Below are positions 19,430 through 29,372 of a DNA stretch of 64,000 bases, piece by piece. The DNA comes from Candidatus Heimdallarchaeota archaeon. Its GTDB lineage: Archaea > Asgardarchaeota > Heimdallarchaeia > Heimdallarchaeales > Heimdallarchaeaceae. The notes below the pieces were generated by a model, which saw only the letters and a list, made by a program, of their open reading frames with translations, was not told the origin of the DNA and searched no databases. A program made the position numbers and the translations under genes. Each line of letters opens with the position of its first letter. Within the stretch, counting starts at the first letter, position 1. The DNA is taken from assembly GCA_019057815.1 (NCBI GenBank), contig JAHLWR010000004.1, forward strand, positions 128,001 to 192,000. The letters are read 5' to 3'.

Positions 19430-21574
19430 TCATGTGTTTTCTTGTTGAAGTGGATTATAGACTCGAGTGATGTATTCTTTCACCATTCTTCGAGTAGAAA
19501 AGTAGCTTATAGTGCTCTTAATACTTTCTCTAACGACATCTAACCAATTTCGAGGAATACCTTCATTATCTCGATAATAATACAAAGGGATGATTTCATT
19601 TTCTAGAACACTATAAAGTGAGTTAACATCAAATTTATCTTGTTCTTCATGATTATCAAACACTTTATCTGAAGAACCTATAGTCCAACCGTTTTTACCA
19701 TTATATCCTTCTTCCCACCAACCATCAAGAACAGAGAAATTAGGTACACCGTTAATTGCAGCTTTTTGACCACTTGTACCAGAAGCTTCAAGAGGTCTAC
19801 GAGGGTTATTAAGCCATATATCAACACCTTGAGTTAGGAATCTTGCTACATTGAGACCATAGTCCTCAAGGAAAACAATCCTACCAGAAAATTCACGGTT
19901 TAATGTATGTTTATAAATTTCTTGAATCATATCTATGCCAGCATAGTTTGCTGGATGACTTTTCCCTGCAAAAATGATTTGAACCGGTCTGTAGGGGTTA
20001 TTAACAATACTTTTCAACCTTTCAATGTCTTTGAAGATTAATGTTGCTCGTTTATATGGAGCTAATCTTCTAGCAAAACCTATTGTTAGCGTGTCTGGAT
20101 CCAATAGAACACCAGAACTCAAAGTTTGTTCTGCGCTTAATTTACTTTTTCTCCATTTATGACGAGCTCTATCTCTAATGTAGTTGATGAGTTTGTTCTT
20201 CAAATGACGTCTAATATCCCAAAGAATTCTATCTGGAATATCATATATTCTCTCCCAGATAATTGGATCGTCTTGAGTGTCCATCCAATTTGTTCCGATA
20301 TATCGATTGAAGACGTTATCGAATTTCCCAGCAATCCAGGTTGGTATATGGACACCGTTGGTAATTCCAATAATAGGAGGTTCAGAGTAAACTTTAGACC
20401 AGATTGGTTTTAATTGTTTATTCATAACTTTGGCATTTAACTGACTTACTCCATTAATAACGCTAGTCAAGTTGGTCGCAAGCATTGTCATATTGAAAGG
20501 ACTATTACTTTTTTCAATCATTCCAAGTTGTAGAAATTCTTGTTTTGAGATTCCCAATTCCTTCCAGACAGGTTCGAAATATTTCTCAATCAAGAATACG
20601 TCGAATTCTTCATGTCCTGCAGGAATAGGAGTATGAGTCGTAAAAGCAGAATGTTTTTTAACGAATTCTTTAGCATCCACAAAAGCATATCCTTCAGCAA
20701 CTTTTTCTCTGATTAATTCAACTAGCGCAAACGATGAGTGTCCTTCATTCAAATGCCAGACAGAGGGGTGAATATCTAGAGCTCTTAAAACCCTTACACT
20801 ACCCATACCTGCTACAATCTCTTGTCTAAGTCTCAAATCCCGATCAGTATCGTATAATCTGTAGCTTAATTCTCTGTCCTCAGGTTGATTTTGCTCTAAA
20901 TCGGTGTCCATTAGAAAGAGATCTGTTTTTCCAATCTGAAGATGCCACACTTTGACAGTAATAATACGATCACCTAAAGGAACACTAACAAGAAAATCAT
21001 TATCTTCTTTACCAGTAAAGACTGGATGTAAAGCTGTCTCATCGAAATTGATAGTCTCATAGCTGGCTTGTTGTCTCCCTTCAGGAGATATTGATTGAGT
21101 GAAATAACCTTGGGAATACATGAAACCAACAGATACAAAAGAAAGACCAAGATCACTAGCTTCTTTGCAATGGTCACCGGAAAGCACACCAAGACCTCCA
21201 CTGTAAATAGGAAGACTGTGATGAACAGCAAATTCCATAGAAAGATAAGCTATAGTTTCATTCTTAAATTGAGGATAGGACTTTGAAAACCAGTGACTAT
21301 TGTTTGTCTTAGCAGATTTTAAATCATGTATAACTGAATCATATAGTAGAAGGATACTGGGATTTTTTGATACTTTTTCCAACCTTTCTTTCGAAATAAG
21401 ATGAAGCATGTGAACTGGATTATGGTTGGTTTGACGCCATAGAGGTAAATCTAAAGCTCTCCATAATTCGCGAGATTTCCTATTCCAACTCCATTGTAAA
21501 TCGTAAGCTAGTTCCTCTAACTTAGATAATCTTTTGGGGATTTTATCAGAGAAGATTGCTGGTATTCGAGTCAT
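19430..21574 (-). CDS. glgP: Alpha-glucan (glycogen/maltodextrin) phosphorylase
   Basis: YSGGLGVLSGD, HLNEGH, FTTHTP, FARRLAPYKR, and EASGTSGQK containing the PLP lysine. Confidence 0.95.
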   Translation of the reverse strand: MTRIPAIFSDKIPKRLSKLEELAYDLQWSWNRKSRELWRALDLPLWRQTNHNPVHMLHLISKERLEKVSKNPSILLLYDSVIHDLKSAKTNNSHWFSKSYPQFKNETIAYLSMEFAVHHSLPIYSGGLGVLSGDHCKEASDLGLSFVSVGFMYSQGYFTQSISPEGRQQASYETINFDETALHPVFTGKEDNDFLVSVPLGDRIITVKVWHLQIGKTDLFLMDTDLEQNQPEDRELSYRLYDTDRDLRLRQEIVAGMGSVRVLRALDIHPSVWHLNEGHSSFALVELIREKVAEGYAFVDAKEFVKKHSAFTTHTPIPAGHEEFDVFLIEKYFEPVWKELGISKQEFLQLGMIEKSNSPFNMTMLATNLTSVINGVSQLNAKVMNKQLKPIWSKVYSEPPIIGITNGVHIPTWIAGKFDNVFNRYIGTNWMDTQDDPIIWERIYDIPDRILWDIRRHLKNKLINYIRDRARHKWRKSKLSAEQTLSSGVLLDPDTLTIGFARRLAPYKRATLIFKDIERLKSIVNNPYRPVQIIFAGKSHPANYAGIDMIQEIYKHTLNREFSGRIVFLEDYGLNVARFLTQGVDIWLNNPRRPLEASGTSGQKAAINGVPNFSVLDGWWEEGYNGKNGWTIGSSDKVFDNHEEQDKFDVNSLYSVLENEIIPLYYYRDNEGIPRNWLDVVRESIKSTISYFSTRRMVKEYITRVYNPLQQENT

Positions 21575-21584
21575 GAGTTATTTT

Positions 21585-21857
21585 TCCCACTTTCCCCACT
21601 TAAGGGTAGTGGTATATAATTTTGAGGACTCTTCCCAACCCAAGAACGTTTAAGGTCGCATCGCATCAAGCAGTAGCTTAGGGAGTTTCAAGCTCTGGGA
21701 TTACACCTCCAACACACAGTGTTAGCGGAAGTGAGCGGGTTCATCTCCTCCCCGGGACTCATTACTGAAGACTATATTATTGAGAACCTTAGGCTCTCAC
21801 TCCAGCTCCGGGTGTAAGCAGATGATTCTGCTTTGTCTTCGCCATTGGCTTAAGACA
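21585..21857 (-). ncRNA. Candidate large structured RNA / 5' leader of glgP (unassigned family)
   Basis: About 48% GC; at least 7 stems, with G-U pairs only on the minus strand; TATA-like TTTTTATA ~20 nt before the first stem. Confidence 0.55.
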
Positions 21858-21877
21858 TTATTTATATTAGAATTTCC

Positions 21878-21885
21878 TATAAAAA
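21878..21885 (-). promoter_or_regulatory. TATA box for the structured leader/glgP transcript
   Basis: TTTTTATA on the minus strand at archaeal spacing from the 5' end of the structured region. Confidence 0.45.
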
Positions 21886-22304
21886 GCTAACAGAAATATG
21901 GTAAAAATGGGGAAAAATTATCATGCATTAGAATCTCGGCAAGCAATCTAGTTTATTTGTTTTGTCTTATATAGCAAGGGAAAAGATAACTGTAAAAAAA
22001 CAAAAATTATCTCTAAATATAAAGCTGAGTTATTTATTCTGATTATTATATTGCACTGATTCTTTTGATGTCTGTAATTAGTACTTCTATGATCATTATT
22101 ATTAGAAAAACAGAATAGAATCACCCTCTCCTTTTATTTATTAGTAGTTTAGCCAAAATTTTAAATATCCCTTTTTCAATCTTGAATATAAATGTTGAAT
22201 AGTAAAGTTTATTAATATTATTTTTTCTGAATATCTGAAAATGAAAATCTGTATGTATTTTATTGTTAACACTAAAATGGATATGGAATAGCAAGGGATA
22301 TCTG

Positions 22305-23312
22305 ATGAGTATAAAGAGGGAAAAAGTGAAAGATATAAAAAAACACACTCTAGAATCTGAAGCAACTAAATTTGAAGAAAAACTAGCTAGGAAATTAGGT
22401 GAAGTAGCTATTTTACTGCATTTATCTCGTTTTCCAGACGGTTCACATGCATACGAAATGCGTTCAAAGGTTTCAGAAATTTTATTTAATAAACAAAAGA
22501 AAGGTTTAGAATTTCTCCAGTATCATTACGATGCATTATGTCTCTTCAAAAATTTCATTGAAAACTATGAACCTGATTCAGAAGATTATGATTATAAGCA
22601 TCAAAAAGTAGTAGAATCTATAGAAAAACACCCAATATTCAAGTTTAATCCACACATACAAAATCTATTGCATCGTAAAAACATCGAGAAGACGGAGGAA
22701 GACTTTGAACATTTAAATGATATGTTAAACTCTTTCGAAAAAACGATAAAGGATATGAAAGGTCATACGACAGTTTGGAGCAATATCAGTGGTATTTACC
22801 CTGCTATAGATTCACTCGAAAATAGTAGTCTAATTAAGCTTTCTAGAGAAGATTCTGAAGGTGGTAGACTGAAGAAAATCTACGAAATAACAGAACTAGG
22901 AAGAAGAACAGTAACACGAGTGATTTTATCCATAGTCGATTTAACAGGATTCATTTTTAGCCTTGATAATCAGCTTTTAACATTGGAAGGAAAAAGAAAG
23001 ATTCCTCTTTTGAATCCAATTAGAGATCTCATGCATAAAATAACTGAAGACTTACCAAGTGAAATGAGAAAAAAATTATTAATGCGCAAAGGGAAAAAAC
23101 ACCATTCTTTCGCTCGAAAAATTATGGAACACGGACTCCCACTGCCTAACCCGCGGTTTCTGGTTCATAATCCTCATTTAATTAAACAACATTTGAAAAA
23201 TGTAGAAAACGAAAATGAAAGAAAATTAGCAAAAGATTTTCTCAAGGAAATGCTTTTGAGTCACAAAGAAAAAATAGAGAAAGCTTTGAAGGAGCTAAAA
23301 GAAAGTGACTAG
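22305..23312 (+). CDS. PadR-family regulator with large internal insertion
   Basis: ILLHLS..SHAYEM, then GIYPAIDSLE..GGRLKKIYEITELGR; sits upstream of an ABC exporter. Confidence 0.75.
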   Translation: MSIKREKVKDIKKHTLESEATKFEEKLARKLGEVAILLHLSRFPDGSHAYEMRSKVSEILFNKQKKGLEFLQYHYDALCLFKNFIENYEPDSEDYDYKHQKVVESIEKHPIFKFNPHIQNLLHRKNIEKTEEDFEHLNDMLNSFEKTIKDMKGHTTVWSNISGIYPAIDSLENSSLIKLSREDSEGGRLKKIYEITELGRRTVTRVILSIVDLTGFIFSLDNQLLTLEGKRKIPLLNPIRDLMHKITEDLPSEMRKKLLMRKGKKHHSFARKIMEHGLPLPNPRFLVHNPHLIKQHLKNVENENERKLAKDFLKEMLLSHKEKIEKALKELKESD

Positions 23313-23362
23313 TAAATTGTCCCAAGTTAAAGATTATAAATGAAATATGGAGATTACACAAG

Positions 23363-25192
23363 ATGGCGGTAATAACAGACAAAAAAGCAACTAGCATGTA
23401 TAATATTGATATTCAGTATGAACTACTAAAGAAGTACAAATCCGCAAATGGGTGGTTCTGGTCCGCGTTTAAGCGTTATCCACTTATGTATCTTTTTGGA
23501 ATAATAGTGTTTGGAGCCAGTACTTATCTTGCTACAAAAACTACTGCATTGATAGGTGAAGCATTAGATCATTTATTGGTTGAAGGTTTTTCGACTAATT
23601 TCAACAAAACTATAGGTCTAATGATTATTTATGTAATAATAAGCTGGGGTTGTTTAAGTTCTGGAGCTTATGTCTGGTCAATAGCATCTTTTCGCGTTCA
23701 GAGAGATATGAGGCAAGAATTTTATGAAGTGATTCAAGCTCATTCAATGGCTTTCTTTGATGTAAATGATTCTGGGGTTATATTGTCAATGGGAATGAAT
23801 GAAATTAATCAAATCCGTATGGCAATACATCCTTCCATCAGGATGCTTATGACTTCGATATTCTCAATAGTGATAACAACAATTTTTCTATGGCAGTACA
23901 ATCTCACCATTGGAGTTACTGTAGCTGTAAGTTTTGTTGTGTACTTAATTATAGCATGGATTTATGCATCGAAAGTTGGCCCGATAAGAAGAAAACTTGC
24001 CAAAGATTTAGCTGATTTATCAGCAACCTCGCAGGAAATGTTTAGAGGTATAGATGTTGTAAGATCTTTTGATAATCACGACAAAGAAATTAATAAGTTC
24101 GGGCATATAAGTAATGAATACGCTCTCGATATGAAAAAAGAAGGATACTTAAGCGCATTTTATTGGCCTGCATTAATTACGATTGTTTTTACTGCAGCTT
24201 CTTTTGGCTATGGTATTTGGCTTGTCATTGAGGGTAATTTTAGTATAGGTGTTTTTATATCTGTTTTAGCACTATTGATGGCTCTTTCTAGACAGAACTT
24301 CATGATTCCCATGCGATTAATCATGCTTCAAGCAGGTCTACAAAATTCCAAACGCCTATGGGATTCTATGGCATTCAAAGATCCTTTAACGCAACCAGAT
24401 AACCCAGTGGAGAGTGAATGGAATAAAAAGGTATCATTCAATAATATCTCTTTTGCTTACCCTAGTACAGATAAGAAAGTCTTAGATAACATCTCTTTCC
24501 AGATTCCAGCAGGAGCTAGAGTTGCATTAATAGGTGGTCCAGGATCTGGGAAATCAACAATTTTGAAATTGTTACTTAGATTATATGATCCCACTGAAGG
24601 TGATATTTTAATTAATGGTGTTGCTATGAGTTCCATGCATACTAGTCATGTAAGGTCCAATGTTACAATGGTGGAACAGGATATTTTTCTCTTCTCAGAT
24701 ACCCTCAAAGCTAATATTTCATTTGCAAAATCAGATGCAACAGATGAAGAAATAAGAAAAGCCGCTGAGAGAGCTCAAATATCTCAATTCATCGAATCAC
24801 TCCCGAATCAATATGATACTGTTATAGGAGAAAGGGGAGTTACACTGTCTGGAGGACAAAGACAAAGAGTTGCAATAGCACGAGCTTTGCTCTCCAATCC
24901 AAAATTATTGCTACTAGATGACAGTACAAGTGCTGTTGATATTAAGACAGAGCTCAGACTACGAAAAGCAATGGACGAATTGATGAAAGATAGGACAAGC
25001 ATTGTAGTTACTCAAAGATTAACAACTTTGGTAGCAGCTGATATGATTATTCTTATGAAAAAAGGTCGTATAGTTGATATTGGAAACCACACAGAACTTC
25101 TAGAACGATGCCAAGATTACCAATTCATGTATCAACACTTGCCAATAACCAATGGATCTGTAGCTCGTAATGATGTTGGAGGTAGAAACTAA
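23363..25192 (+). CDS. Heterodimeric ABC exporter subunit (TMD+NBD, degenerate site)
   Basis: GGPGSGKS, LSGGQ, LLDD and VTQR (degenerate Walker B and H-switch). Confidence 0.92.
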   Translation: MAVITDKKATSMYNIDIQYELLKKYKSANGWFWSAFKRYPLMYLFGIIVFGASTYLATKTTALIGEALDHLLVEGFSTNFNKTIGLMIIYVIISWGCLSSGAYVWSIASFRVQRDMRQEFYEVIQAHSMAFFDVNDSGVILSMGMNEINQIRMAIHPSIRMLMTSIFSIVITTIFLWQYNLTIGVTVAVSFVVYLIIAWIYASKVGPIRRKLAKDLADLSATSQEMFRGIDVVRSFDNHDKEINKFGHISNEYALDMKKEGYLSAFYWPALITIVFTAASFGYGIWLVIEGNFSIGVFISVLALLMALSRQNFMIPMRLIMLQAGLQNSKRLWDSMAFKDPLTQPDNPVESEWNKKVSFNNISFAYPSTDKKVLDNISFQIPAGARVALIGGPGSGKSTILKLLLRLYDPTEGDILINGVAMSSMHTSHVRSNVTMVEQDIFLFSDTLKANISFAKSDATDEEIRKAAERAQISQFIESLPNQYDTVIGERGVTLSGGQRQRVAIARALLSNPKLLLLDDSTSAVDIKTELRLRKAMDELMKDRTSIVVTQRLTTLVAADMIILMKKGRIVDIGNHTELLERCQDYQFMYQHLPITNGSVARNDVGGRN

Positions 25193-27222
25193 TGGCTCAT
25201 GGTAGTGGTCGTGGTCCAGGACGAGCTTTTGATACGATTAAGTATAAACGAGCTAGATCTACAAAAGTACTAGTTTCTAGCTTATGGAAATACTTGAAAA
25301 GATACATTTGGCCTATAATATTTTCAACAGGATTCATTCTACTCTATTCATTAACCTCACTATTAACTCCATTTATAGCTAAGCTAGGAATTGACAAGGT
25401 TACTGGAACTTCTGAAACGTTCAGTGCTCTGATACCATTAACTATACTATTTCTAGTACTAACAGCTGTAGGTTGGGTTTTTCATTCAATTTCAGTAAGA
25501 ATTATGTCTAAAATGAATTCAAAAATGCTTCATGAAGTTAGGATGGATCTTTACGAAAAATTAAGTTTTTCTGACATGTCTTATCTTAAGAAAGAGCAAT
25601 CAGGAAACATCACAGCTAGAGTCACTGCAGATACTGGAGAATTAGCTACAGGAGTTCAGCTCTCAACATCCATTTTGTCACAAGTGTTGCTGATAATAGG
25701 TTCTTTTATTCTTCTTGTAACAACCAATTGGATTATAGCGTTAATCTCTTTAGCAGCTATACCTGTTGCATTCTTAATTGCTGGAGTTTTAAGCTATTTC
25801 GGAAGGAGAATAATTCTAAGAGTTCGAAGAGCATTTGGTTTTGTTTCTGGAAAGATGGCTGAAGGTTTGAGTGGCATTGCAGTCGCTAAATCATTTAATC
25901 GTGAAGAAGAACTATCAACAGAATTAAGGGAGTTAAACCAAAAACACTACAACTATTCTAAGCAATTTGGTATGTTAATGATGTTTGTAATGCCATCTGT
26001 TAGTGCCTTAAGTTATCTGTTATTTACAATGATTATTTATGTAAGTGGATGGATAAATAAAACAACCACTGTTCTCTCACTAGGTGATATTTACCTTTCA
26101 GTTAACCTATCTCAACAATTCCTATTTCCAATAATTATGTTGGCAATGAGTTTTCCACAACTAGAAGCAGCTTTTGGAGCTATGGACAGGATTATAGATG
26201 TCTTCGAAGCGAAACGAGCTGTAGAAGATGTTCCTGGTGCTGTGAAAATACAAACAACTGATGATAGTGTTCATTTCAAGAACATCAGTTTTGCTTATGA
26301 AGAGGATAACTATGTTTTGAAAAATATTACTTTTTCAGTTAACCCTGGGGAACTTGTGGCAGTTGTTGGTCATACAGGAGCAGGAAAAACAACTCTTTTC
26401 TCTTCTCTCCTAACTAGATTTTACGATATAGAAGAAGGAACGATATCCATAGGTGATCAAGATATCAGTAAGGTTAAACAATCATCTTTACGAAAAACAA
26501 TAGGTTTAGTCACACAAGAACCCTTCCTCTTCACTGGAACTGTGATGGAAAATGTCCTGTACGGTGCTCCAAATGCAACAGAAGAAGATGTAAAAGAAAT
26601 CTGCAAAAAGATCAATGCTGATGAGTTTATCGATGCTCTACCTAATGGGTATGACACTTTAGTAGTTGAAGGCGGTAAAAAACTATCTTCAGGACAACGT
26701 CAAATTATTACAATTGCTAGAACAATGTTAGCTGACCCAAGAATCTTAGTTCTTGATGAAGCTACGAGCAGGTTAGATGCTTACACAGAGTCTTTAGTAC
26801 AAGCTGCTCAAAGAGAACTTTTCAAAGAGCGCACAACTTTTGTAATAGCACACAGATTATCAACAATAAGTGATGCGGAGAAAATAGTTGTTCTTGACCA
26901 TGGAGAATTAGTTGAAATAGGTTCTCATAGAGAGTTAATGGACTTAAATGGTATCTATGCTGATCTTTACAAAACTTACTATGTGCATCAAGGGTTAGCT
27001 GAAATAGATGTAGATATAGCAGATTTAGAACCGGAAGAACTAGAAGAACCGGCTAAAGCTGTTTCACCTCAAATGATGGGTATGACAAAGGGAGACCATA
27101 TGGGAAGTAAAAATGAATCTACTCTAAATAAAAAAGAGATGAGGAAACAACTAGAAAAAATGTCTCCTGAAGACAAACAGAAATTTATGCAAAGAATGAA
27201 AGAGCAGAAGAAGTTCAAGTAA
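25192..27222 (+). CDS. Heterodimeric ABC exporter subunit (TMD+NBD, consensus catalytic residues)
   Basis: GHTGAGKT, LSSGQ, LDEATS, IAHR; overlaps the upstream stop (TAATG). Confidence 0.92.
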   Translation: MAHGSGRGPGRAFDTIKYKRARSTKVLVSSLWKYLKRYIWPIIFSTGFILLYSLTSLLTPFIAKLGIDKVTGTSETFSALIPLTILFLVLTAVGWVFHSISVRIMSKMNSKMLHEVRMDLYEKLSFSDMSYLKKEQSGNITARVTADTGELATGVQLSTSILSQVLLIIGSFILLVTTNWIIALISLAAIPVAFLIAGVLSYFGRRIILRVRRAFGFVSGKMAEGLSGIAVAKSFNREEELSTELRELNQKHYNYSKQFGMLMMFVMPSVSALSYLLFTMIIYVSGWINKTTTVLSLGDIYLSVNLSQQFLFPIIMLAMSFPQLEAAFGAMDRIIDVFEAKRAVEDVPGAVKIQTTDDSVHFKNISFAYEEDNYVLKNITFSVNPGELVAVVGHTGAGKTTLFSSLLTRFYDIEEGTISIGDQDISKVKQSSLRKTIGLVTQEPFLFTGTVMENVLYGAPNATEEDVKEICKKINADEFIDALPNGYDTLVVEGGKKLSSGQRQIITIARTMLADPRILVLDEATSRLDAYTESLVQAAQRELFKERTTFVIAHRLSTISDAEKIVVLDHGELVEIGSHRELMDLNGIYADLYKTYYVHQGLAEIDVDIADLEPEELEEPAKAVSPQMMGMTKGDHMGSKNESTLNKKEMRKQLEKMSPEDKQKFMQRMKEQKKFK

Positions 27223-27328
27223 TTCTTATATATTTTTTATTTAGCTAATTTAAAATACTCAAAGAGTCTATGTATTTCTGTAAAGATAATATTTAGGATT
27301 ATCAATAGAATGAGATGAGGATACAGTA

Positions 27329-28060
27329 ATGAGGAAAAAAAATAGTTTATTATTTTTATTAATTTTCATTGTACAATTATGCGTTCTAGGAGTAAATGCA
27401 GATCCAACAACAACAATTTCTGAAAATGAAACTTTAACAACAACAATAGTTGAAAGTGAAACTATTGATCTAGATTGGTATTATTTATATCAAGTAAATG
27501 AAGAAACACCAGTAAAAGATACTCAAGTAGTAGTCAATATCCTTTCTTCTGCTTCTATCGATTTCTTTGTAGCGGATGAGGGAGACACGGATGATTATTT
27601 AGACGGTGAATCAATTTACGTTTATATTGATGTGAGGAATATAACAGACGATACTCTTTCTTTTACTCTGGAAAGTAAACAGATGTACGAATTCGTTTTT
27701 GAGAACTCTGGAGATCATGGATTAGATGCTACTGTAACATTTTCTATAACCTTCATTTATGAATCAAGTTCTCTAGGGGATAAATATACCTGGATTATAT
27801 GGGTGATTATCGGTATTGCTGTAATAGGAATGATAGTCTTTTTCTCTAATAGAAGAAAAAGACAACAAATTTACAAACCTGCTTATCAACCCTATCAACC
27901 ATATGCTCCAACTCAACAAACTGTGGAGAGTAGTGGTTACAAACCAGCGCAAACACAAATTACCCAAGACACTCTGATGGCTAAATATTGCACGAATTGT
28001 GGAGCACAAAACGACGATAATGCAAGCTATTGCACGAGTTGTGGGTCAAGTATAAATTAA
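27329..28060 (+). CDS. Single-pass membrane protein: GOLD/p24-like ectodomain and cytoplasmic double zinc ribbon
   Basis: Signal peptide, IDFFV...YEFVFENS, TM, P/Q/Y linker, CTNCG...CTSCG. Confidence 0.65.
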   Translation: MRKKNSLLFLLIFIVQLCVLGVNADPTTTISENETLTTTIVESETIDLDWYYLYQVNEETPVKDTQVVVNILSSASIDFFVADEGDTDDYLDGESIYVYIDVRNITDDTLSFTLESKQMYEFVFENSGDHGLDATVTFSITFIYESSSLGDKYTWIIWVIIGIAVIGMIVFFSNRRKRQQIYKPAYQPYQPYAPTQQTVESSGYKPAQTQITQDTLMAKYCTNCGAQNDDNASYCTSCGSSIN

Positions 28061-28190
28061 AGCTAGGAAGCATTCAACAAATAATACTATTTTCTTGTTT
28101 TCTTTTTCTTATTAGCTTCCAGAGCTCTTTTTTTTGAAATAATAATTGTTATATAAAAAAATTTAATATCATAATTTTCTTTCCTAAAAC

Positions 28191-28409
28191 ATGGATATTG
28201 TTTTAGAAAGTACTATTAAGTGCCCTTTTTGCGGATTTGAGGAAAAAATAAAAATGCCTGAAGATAAATGTATGAGAACAATCATTTGTAACAATTGTAA
28301 GAGAGCAATTACTCCAAAAGAAGGAGATTGTTGCGTTTTTTGTAGTTATGCAGATGTTCCATGCCCTGCAATTCAACAAGAAAAAGATGATAGTAAGTTG
28401 TTTGTTTAA
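28191..28409 (+). CDS. GDCCVxC-domain small metal-binding protein
   Basis: CPFCG...CNNC...GDCCVFCSY..VPCP. Confidence 0.85.
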   Translation: MDIVLESTIKCPFCGFEEKIKMPEDKCMRTIICNNCKRAITPKEGDCCVFCSYADVPCPAIQQEKDDSKLFV

Positions 28410-28443
28410 ATCGGAGTACTTAAGGTTTCATTTTATATTAAAT

Positions 28444-28938
28444 TCAAGAAAACTCTTTCTTTTTTTTCACGATTTTCTTCCACCACGATTTATATCGTGT
28501 CTTCAGTGGAATATCTTTCATTGCGCGTTTAGGAACCACACCTAACTCTAAGAGTGTATCTTCGAAGTTGTCAAAATCACTAACATTGATGTATCCTCTA
28601 CCAATTTTATCTCCATATAAATCAATAAACTTCTCAAGTGTCATATCTAATTGCTTTTCAACTTTTTCACTATCTTCAGATAATGGCGAAGTGAATACAA
28701 TAATCAATTCTTTCTCTTTGTCAATTCTAAAATGAAGCCTTAAATTACTAAAAACCACTGTTTGGATATCTTGTTGCCCAAAAGATTCTTTCGAAAAAGC
28801 GTACATCGCTGCAAAGAAACCTGTTTGGAGTGTATGATCAGGTTGCATTTTGCATGTTTCTCCTCCAAAGCATTTGCTATAATAAGGTAAACCAGAAGTA
28901 TCCATAACAAAAACATCATCAGCCACTGAAATCACCAA
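28444..28938 (-). CDS. Longin-like domain protein
   Basis: FVMDTSGLPYYSK...LQTGFFAAMYAFSKE; basic WWKK tail. Confidence 0.65.
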   Translation of the reverse strand: MVISVADDVFVMDTSGLPYYSKCFGGETCKMQPDHTLQTGFFAAMYAFSKESFGQQDIQTVVFSNLRLHFRIDKEKELIIVFTSPLSEDSEKVEKQLDMTLEKFIDLYGDKIGRGYINVSDFDNFEDTLLELGVVPKRAMKDIPLKTRYKSWWKKIVKKKKEFS

Positions 28939-29060
28939 GATAATGTAATCGACTACTTGTTCTAAAACTTTTGGAAATTTAAAAAATAAATAAGTGATTT
29001 TTTGAAACTCTATGTTGTTTTTTCGATAAGTTTATTACAATCTCGCATAAAGCATGAGTA

Positions 29061-29372
29061 ATGACAGATAAACTCGAAAATGATGATACTGAACAGATAA
29101 GAAAAGCTCTTAAAACTCAAAATAGCCTATGGATAAAAAACAAATGGCTTTTTTGGACATGTATCATACTTTCTCCAGCAGCTTTTGTTTGGGGTTTCTT
29201 CATCCCTTTAGATAGTACATGGCAGCATTGGGTTCAGTCAATGATTTTCATAGTATCTGTTGGTTTCTTCATTGTTCCAATGTCATATCTGTTTAATCTC
29301 TTGTGGATGGCGTTTTTAGGGAAAAAATCTGCTGATATCGATGTCGATGAATCATCTGTTGATAGTAATTGA
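29061..29372 (+). CDS. Small two-TM hypothetical protein
   Basis: 103 aa with two Trp-rich hydrophobic helices. Confidence 0.6.
   Translation: MTDKLENDDTEQIRKALKTQNSLWIKNKWLFWTCIILSPAAFVWGFFIPLDSTWQHWVQSMIFIVSVGFFIVPMSYLFNLLWMAFLGKKSADIDVDESSVDSN

Noticed and set aside
19329-19432. SECIS-directed readthrough of the glgP UGA
   Set aside because: AUGA/GA is present but helix II has only 4-5 bp; glgP is complete at the UGA and the extension resembles no selenoprotein.
21585-21857. Group I/II intron, SRP RNA or RNase P RNA
   Set aside because: Only fragmentary likeness (AATCCCAGAGC, ATATAGTC, GCGGAAGTGAGC, TGAAAC); no R/P7 element, domain V, full helix 8 or P4 motifs, and no interrupted host gene.
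28191-28409. Selenoprotein form of the GDCCVxC protein
   Set aside because: No in-frame TGA; all positions are Cys.
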